Assembly: GCA_944381145.1 (NCBI GenBank)
Contig: CALWJZ010000004.1
Span: 13,314-77,313 of the forward strand
Length of the DNA: 64,000 nt
DNA from: an uncultured Clostridia bacterium
Lineage (GTDB): Bacteria > Bacillota > Clostridia > Christensenellales > UBA1242
Direction: 5' to 3'
Part shown: piece after piece, positions 59,741 through 64,000 of the stretch
Layout: each line of letters starts with the position of its first letter
Position numbering within the stretch: the stretch's first letter is position 1
The notes under the pieces: model-generated
The model's database searches: none
Told to the model about the DNA's origin: nothing
Seen by the model: only the letters and a program-made list of their open reading frames with translations
Translations under genes and position numbers: made by a program

Positions 59741-60691
59741 CTAATTTTCAAAAATTTTTATAATCTCTTTAGCAATAATTTCAATAATTGGAACACAAAC
59801 GCTATTGCCAATCTGTTTATATGCTTGATTTAAACTTATTCCTTTTGGAAACTTATAATCATTTGGAAATCCTTGAAAAGCTAAAAGTTCGTATGGAGTT
59901 AGTTTTCTTATTCCAAATATATCTCTAATTATTGGAACGCGATTTGGGAATGTTCCCATATTTGCAGTTAGCGTAGGACATAAATCTTTAGTAAATGGAA
60001 ATATCCCATTGTCTTTTATTTTATAAATTCTATAAAACTCAACAACCTTTTTATTAAGAGCATTAAATAGCGATGAATTTTCTTTGTAGTAATAACAATC
60101 ATTATGCTTTTGATTTATATCAAAAAATTGGTTTACGGTCTTAGTTGTATTGCTTTTGTCTGGAAATTTGAATTTACAACTGTCATCATAATCTCTAAAA
60201 GCAACTATGTATATTCTGTCTCTATTTTGTGGGATATTTGTATACTCATATACATTCATAAAAGCATATCTAATTGTATAGCCAAGTTGTGTTAAACTTA
60301 TAAATATTTTTTCAAAACTTTTTCCGTTATTATGATTGCCGAGATTTGAAACGTTTTCTAAAAACACAACCCTTGGCTTTTTATCTTTTACGACTCGTTC
60401 TATTTGATAAAATAATTGTCCACGCTCGTCGTTAAATCCTTGTTGTTTGCCAGCAATGGAGAATGGTTGACAAGGAAATCCTGCAGTTAACACATCAATA
60501 TCAGGGATATCTTGTGTATTAATGTTTCTAATGTCATCTTCAACTAGATAGCTATTGTCAAAATTTTCAGCATATGTTTTACATGCATATTTATCAATTT
60601 CGTTTGCCCACACAGTTTCAAATCCAGCTTTATTAAAACCTAAATCTATACCACCAATACCAGCAAACATGCTCGCTATTTTAATTTTCAT
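59741..60691 (-). CDS. DNA (cytosine-5)-methyltransferase (M2)
   Basis: Motif I FAGIGG, IV GFPCQPFS, VI ENV, VIII QNRDRIYIVA, X GNSV. The target-recognition region differs from M1. Confidence 0.92.
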   Translation of the reverse strand: MKIKIASMFAGIGGIDLGFNKAGFETVWANEIDKYACKTYAENFDNSYLVEDDIRNINTQDIPDIDVLTAGFPCQPFSIAGKQQGFNDERGQLFYQIERVVKDKKPRVVFLENVSNLGNHNNGKSFEKIFISLTQLGYTIRYAFMNVYEYTNIPQNRDRIYIVAFRDYDDSCKFKFPDKSNTTKTVNQFFDINQKHNDCYYYKENSSLFNALNKKVVEFYRIYKIKDNGIFPFTKDLCPTLTANMGTFPNRVPIIRDIFGIRKLTPYELLAFQGFPNDYKFPKGISLNQAYKQIGNSVCVPIIEIIAKEIIKIFEN

Positions 60692-61811
60692 TTATATTTT
60701 CCTTAACTATTGCATTTAAAGAAGAAATTAAATCATTTTCATTATTGTTTAATATGTCATAAATATTTTTATGCATAAAATATTCTTTCGGACTAGAGGC
60801 AGACCGTTCAAGAATAGCAAATTCAATTTTATATATATCATTTTGCAACTTAAAATTATTTATGCACGCATTACCATAGACTTTGATATAAATGTTGCTT
60901 TTGTTCATTTTTATTATACTAATATTTTCTAAATGTTCAATTTTAATATCTAGTGTTTTTACATTTTGTCTTTTAACAAACTTTTTATACCAATTATCAT
61001 TAAATTTGTAAACATTATCATAGACCCTTGTCATAAAATGAGATAACTGTATATTAACTGTTGGCTTTGGTGGTTGTGAAAAGTCTTTTATAGAAATTTC
61101 ATTATTTATGTACTGTACACTTTCGCCAGGCATACAAGATGTGGCTTTTTTTAAAAAGTCTTCAGCTTTTGTGATTATTAAAACATCAACATCACCTATT
61201 TTGTTATTACCTAAGTTAATTTTGTTTGTTTGAGAAATTAATTCATCGCATTCACACTCTAAGAACGTCTCATTGTTCATTTTTAATTTTTCATATATAT
61301 CTTGACTAAATAAACTTTCATTAAAGAATGGTAATAAATAGTCAATATTAAAAGTTGATTCTGCAAAAATTAAAAATTTACCACTATAGTGTTGGTCTCT
61401 TAGTGTTAACATTTTTTGAGATACCTTTAAAGTTTTAACTTCAATTTGTGGATAATCCTTATTCTTATGCCAACAAATGTCATTACCATATTTACCAAAA
61501 ACACAAAATGGAATTTCTTTATTGTTAATTTTTATTCCTAATACATCGGGAGCTATGCCAACTTTTTTAGGGTTATACAAATAAAAATCTTGAATTAACT
61601 CTACATCTAAATCTTTATAATATTTTAATTTTGGTTTTATATACTCATTAAAAATAATACTCTCTGGGATTGTGTTAATCCATCGGTCAAAAATTCCACC
61701 CATTAAATCACCCTTGGATGATAAGACCCCTTGCATAGAAGTTTTTGTCTTTTGAGTTAAACTACAAATAAAATATATATTTTTTAGTGACTTGTCTTTT
61801 GTTATCTCCAT
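60681..61811 (-). CDS. Putative type II restriction endonuclease (R2)
   Basis: 376 aa (377 codons counting the stop) from ATG 61811, which lies 7 nt after AAGGAG. Overlaps the M2 start by 11 nt. PD...(E)xK candidate IAPDVLG...PQIEVKT. No family recognised. Confidence 0.5.
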   Translation of the reverse strand: MEITKDKSLKNIYFICSLTQKTKTSMQGVLSSKGDLMGGIFDRWINTIPESIIFNEYIKPKLKYYKDLDVELIQDFYLYNPKKVGIAPDVLGIKINNKEIPFCVFGKYGNDICWHKNKDYPQIEVKTLKVSQKMLTLRDQHYSGKFLIFAESTFNIDYLLPFFNESLFSQDIYEKLKMNNETFLECECDELISQTNKINLGNNKIGDVDVLIITKAEDFLKKATSCMPGESVQYINNEISIKDFSQPPKPTVNIQLSHFMTRVYDNVYKFNDNWYKKFVKRQNVKTLDIKIEHLENISIIKMNKSNIYIKVYGNACINNFKLQNDIYKIEFAILERSASSPKEYFMHKNIYDILNNNENDLISSLNAIVKENINEN

Positions 61812-61889
61812 ACTTATTCTCCTTGAGAAAAGTATATCATAAAAATACAAAAATTTAGACTTTTTTAGCTCAATTTATATATATTTTTA

Positions 61890-62045
61890 GTAAGCAGGAT
61901 AAGGAATAGGCTCAAAATCGGATTTTCGGCCGCCAAAATGCCTATAAATAAAGACTTTTAGACGACTCACCCTAGAAAAGAAGAAGTTTCGATTTTGAGT
62001 CATTCCCCTTACTTGACCAAGTGGGACGCCCACTCGTCTTTTTTT
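61890..62045 (+). ncRNA. Candidate structured small RNA or leader (unknown class)
   Basis: Promoter-like TTAGAC-17-TATATA (61855-61883). Long imperfect stem: GCTCAAAATCG 61910-61920 pairs with CGATTTTGAGT 61990-62000, with flanking GGAAT/ATTCC and TAAGG/CCTTA pairs. Terminator GAC-CA-AGTGGG-ACG-CCCACT-C-GTC followed by T7 (62015-62045). Noticeably GC-richer than its surroundings. Confidence 0.3.
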
Positions 62046-62157
62046 GTTGAAAATATAGCAAAATACTATGAAATATATATACTAAATATGGACTAAAAAG
62101 TCCTTGGATTAAAGTCAATAGGCTGCTAGCATACCTTTTATAAAATTATAAAAGCTT

Positions 62158-62397
62158 ATGAAAACTATTGACAAAATTCAAAGTTTTATTGATTGTAAAG
62201 ATATAGAAGAAAATACAGCTGTTTACAACTTTAATGACAACTCATTAAAACAAGGTAAAGTATACTTAAACTCGAAGCAACTTGAAAGAATATCCTTTCT
62301 TTTTGCCTACGATTTAAAAACCTTTTCCAAAGTAAATAGCAATATTTCAACCCTATCAGCAAATGCAGTCTACACTCATTTGCAAAACAATCAATAA
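62158..62397 (+). CDS. Hypothetical 79-aa ORF (doubtful)
   Basis: The ORF lies between two terminator-like hairpins and has no convincing Shine-Dalgarno. Confidence 0.25.
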   Translation: MKTIDKIQSFIDCKDIEENTAVYNFNDNSLKQGKVYLNSKQLERISFLFAYDLKTFSKVNSNISTLSANAVYTHLQNNQ

Positions 62398-62403
62398 AAC
62401 ACC

Positions 62404-62438
62404 AAGAAGAAGTTGAAATATGCTTCTTCTTTATATTT
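62404..62438 (+). terminator. Terminator-like hairpin
   Basis: AAGAAGAAG-loop-CTTCTTCTT followed by TTATATTT. Confidence 0.45.
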
Positions 62439-62463
62439 AATATTAAACTCGTATTGAATACAC

Positions 62464-62492
62464 TTGACAGTGCAATAAAAATATAATATAAT
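62464..62492 (+). promoter_or_regulatory. Perfect-consensus sigma-A promoter TTGACA-17-TATAAT for the two-gene cassette
   Basis: TTGACA at 62464-62469 and TATAAT at 62487-62492. AAAGGAG lies 6 nt before ATG 62517. Confidence 0.6.
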
Positions 62493-62516
62493 ATTATAAT
62501 ATGCAAAGGAGTAAAT

Positions 62517-63092
62517 ATGGAATATAAAGAAAAGATTGACATGTTAAACGAAGTTTTAGAAGTAATTAAAAAATATCCTGAAAATTTACAAGAAAAGGTT
62601 TTTGATTTTTTATTCAGTAGTCAAATAACCACAAATAAGCAAGAAAATTTTGAAAATAACGATCTAGAAAACGATAAAAATGGACAAAAGACAACGATAA
62701 ATAAAAAGAAAAGGAAAAAGGCAGCATCTTCAACATCCTATACAAATAGTTACAAACCTCAACTTGTGAAAGATTTAAACTTACGACCTGATAACACGAA
62801 GACATTAACTCAGTTTTTTGAAGAAAAAAGACCAGAAGGTAACATTCAAAATACCGCAGTAATGACTTACTATCTTGAAAAAATACTTAATCTTGACAAT
62901 ATAACCCCAGACCATATTTTTACTTGTTATATGGAACTTGGTAAAAAGATACCTGCAGTTTTAATTCAAAATTTAAGGGATTGTAGTAGCAGTAGATATG
63001 GTTTTATTGACTTTGTAGACGGGAAAATAACAACATCAATAAAAGGAATTAATTTTGTAACTCAAGATTTACCACACAAGGATAATAAATAA
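62517..63092 (+). CDS. Hypothetical protein: N-terminal helix, basic/low-complexity linker, C-terminal winged-helix-like domain
   Basis: 191 aa. Linker NKKKRKKAASSTS. The C-terminal domain (about 96-181) resembles the N-terminal domain of the next protein. Confidence 0.6.
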   Translation: MEYKEKIDMLNEVLEVIKKYPENLQEKVFDFLFSSQITTNKQENFENNDLENDKNGQKTTINKKKRKKAASSTSYTNSYKPQLVKDLNLRPDNTKTLTQFFEEKRPEGNIQNTAVMTYYLEKILNLDNITPDHIFTCYMELGKKIPAVLIQNLRDCSSSRYGFIDFVDGKITTSIKGINFVTQDLPHKDNK

Positions 63093-63835
63093 TGTACTCA
63101 ATGGATTTGCTGGAAAATTTCGTTTTTACAATTGAAGATTTTAATAATTATACACCTGCAAAGCAAATAGATTATTTTGCATATTTTTTGCATTTAAATA
63201 ATATGGATAAATTTACAGCAAAAGATATAGAATTATGCTTTGAATTGTTAAAATATCCAAAATACTCTAATATATCAGCGTATTTAAATAACAATTCAAA
63301 TACAAAGAATAAAAAATTTATAAAGAAAGATACTGGAATTTTTACTATTACAAGACAATTTCAAAATAAATTTGATAAAGAATTTAGTAACATTAAAGCA
63401 CCTCCTCCATCAAATGATTTATTTCCTCTTGAGATAGTTGAAGGAACAAGAGAATATATAAAAGAAATTTCTATCCAAGCAATAAGTTGTTATGATTTAA
63501 AATTATTCGATGCTTGTTCAGTAATGTTAAGAAAGTTAATAGAAACACTAATTATAGAGTGCTTTGAGAAGTATAAAATTGATATAAAAATAAAAGATAA
63601 AAATGGAGAGTTTTTCTATTTAAGTGATTTAATAAGCAATCTTTTGATAGAGCCAACATGGAATATAAGTAGAAACGCAAAGCAAGGTTTTAAAAAAATC
63701 AAAACAATAGGAGATTTGGCTGCTCACAATCGTAGATTTTGTGCTAAAAAGGGCGATATAGATAAGATTAAGCAAGATATACGCATATGTATTCAAGAAT
63801 TAATCAATTTAATCGATTACAAGAATTGGAAATAA
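63092..63835 (+). CDS. Hypothetical protein: N-terminal winged-helix-like domain plus C-terminal DUF4145/HEPN-like domain
   Basis: 247 aa. The start overlaps the previous stop (TAATG). The C-terminal pattern ACSVMLRKLIETLIIECF...LSDLISNL...KKIKTIGDLAAHNRRF matches the DUF4145 layout (RxxGNxxxH), but with K and D in place of R and N. Confidence 0.6.
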   Translation: MYSMDLLENFVFTIEDFNNYTPAKQIDYFAYFLHLNNMDKFTAKDIELCFELLKYPKYSNISAYLNNNSNTKNKKFIKKDTGIFTITRQFQNKFDKEFSNIKAPPPSNDLFPLEIVEGTREYIKEISIQAISCYDLKLFDACSVMLRKLIETLIIECFEKYKIDIKIKDKNGEFFYLSDLISNLLIEPTWNISRNAKQGFKKIKTIGDLAAHNRRFCAKKGDIDKIKQDIRICIQELINLIDYKNWK

Positions 63836-63956
63836 ATAATCTCATCCACCCGACGCCAATAAATATTTTTGTGTTAGGATTGGATGTCAGTCTTCCCGCC
63901 AAGTGAAACTGATAACAACAATTTTATCTTCTTGTCAGTCCATTATTTGAGGGGTT

Positions 63957-64000
63957 ATGGGTAAAGTTTTATTAATTGTAGATATGCAAAAAGGGTTTAT
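63957..64000 (+). CDS. Isochorismatase/cysteine-hydrolase family protein (N-terminal fragment, continues beyond window)
   Basis: GAGGGG SD, then MGKVLLIVDMQKGF, a typical N-terminus of the family. Confidence 0.6.
   Translation, partial: MGKVLLIVDMQKGF

Larger units (their letters stand above)
56098..63950. mobile_element. tRNA-Ser-linked genomic island (recombinase + two R-M pairs + unknown cassette); boundaries approximate
   Basis: Starts at the tRNA 3' end duplication. Carries a large serine recombinase, R-M genes and orphan genes. Housekeeping-type genes flank it (SIMPL/tRNA on the left, isochorismatase family on the right). The right end is not defined by an exact repeat. Confidence 0.55.

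Noticed and set aside
61851-62157. Retron msr/msd, a type III toxin-antitoxin RNA, or an OMEGA/TnpB guide RNA as the identity of the structured region
   Set aside because: No reverse transcriptase, no tandem RNA repeats with an adjacent endoribonuclease toxin, and no TnpB or IscB gene lies in the neighbourhood.
56098-63950. Prophage or integrative conjugative element
   Set aside because: There are no capsid, tail, terminase, relaxase, T4SS or replication genes. The content is limited to a recombinase, R-M genes and small orphan genes.
1-64000. CRISPR arrays, rRNA operons, IS elements, and alternative genetic code (UGA as Trp)
   Set aside because: No regularly spaced repeats or transposase ORFs were seen. 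Conserved genes are full length under code 11, and TGA terminates at least one well-supported gene (the ABC ATPase at 33669-33671).

Overview
This is a very AT-rich chromosome segment from a low-GC Firmicute. It is almost certainly a Clostridia-like endospore former, because a spo0A homologue, spoIIR, sleB-ypeB, ylbJ and a SPOCS/LysM protein are all present. The code is standard 11: TGA is used as a stop and no core gene is interrupted.

Core genome (about 1-56000). This part is compact and mostly on the minus strand.
- The classical block runs plsX-rnc-smc-ftsY-(TasA-like insert)-ylxM-ffh-rpsP-KH-rimM-trmD-rbgA-rnhB-yraN-rplS, followed by the spo0A homologue.
- Other core genes: pta-ackA-rpmF; tmcAL, patatin and ylbJ; valS; an NMT1/Tau-type ABC importer; tRNA-Val(GAC) and tRNA-Arg(ACG); perR-rubrerythrin; marR-cysS-methyltransferase; pyk; spoIIR-sleB-ypeB; deoB-deoD; cysE.

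Accessory island (last ~8 kb, directly 3' of tRNA-Ser(CGA) at 56007-56097). In order it contains:
- a 22-nt exact duplication of the tRNA 3' end;
- a frameshifted large serine recombinase;
- two tandem pairs of putative restriction endonuclease plus C5-cytosine methyltransferase;
- a GC-richer structured non-coding segment with its own promoter-like element and intrinsic terminator;
- a two-gene cassette behind a consensus promoter. Its proteins share a winged-helix-like domain, and the second ends in a DUF4145/HEPN-like domain. I cannot assign it to any described system.
Core genome resumes at an isochorismatase-family gene (63957).

The cassette plus the RNA element is my best candidate for something undescribed. 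Every functional statement about it is inference.

Other points worth a second look:
- the spo0A homologue has a degenerate receiver domain, and three TTGTACAA palindromes sit upstream at 10-bp phasing;
- rbgA appears to initiate at a non-AUG codon;
- a HExxH protein and a small paralogue occupy the place of the usual yceD/fapR-fab genes around rpmF-plsX;
- a solitary HEPN-like ORF lies downstream of valS.

I saw no CRISPR array, rRNA, transposase or phage structural genes.
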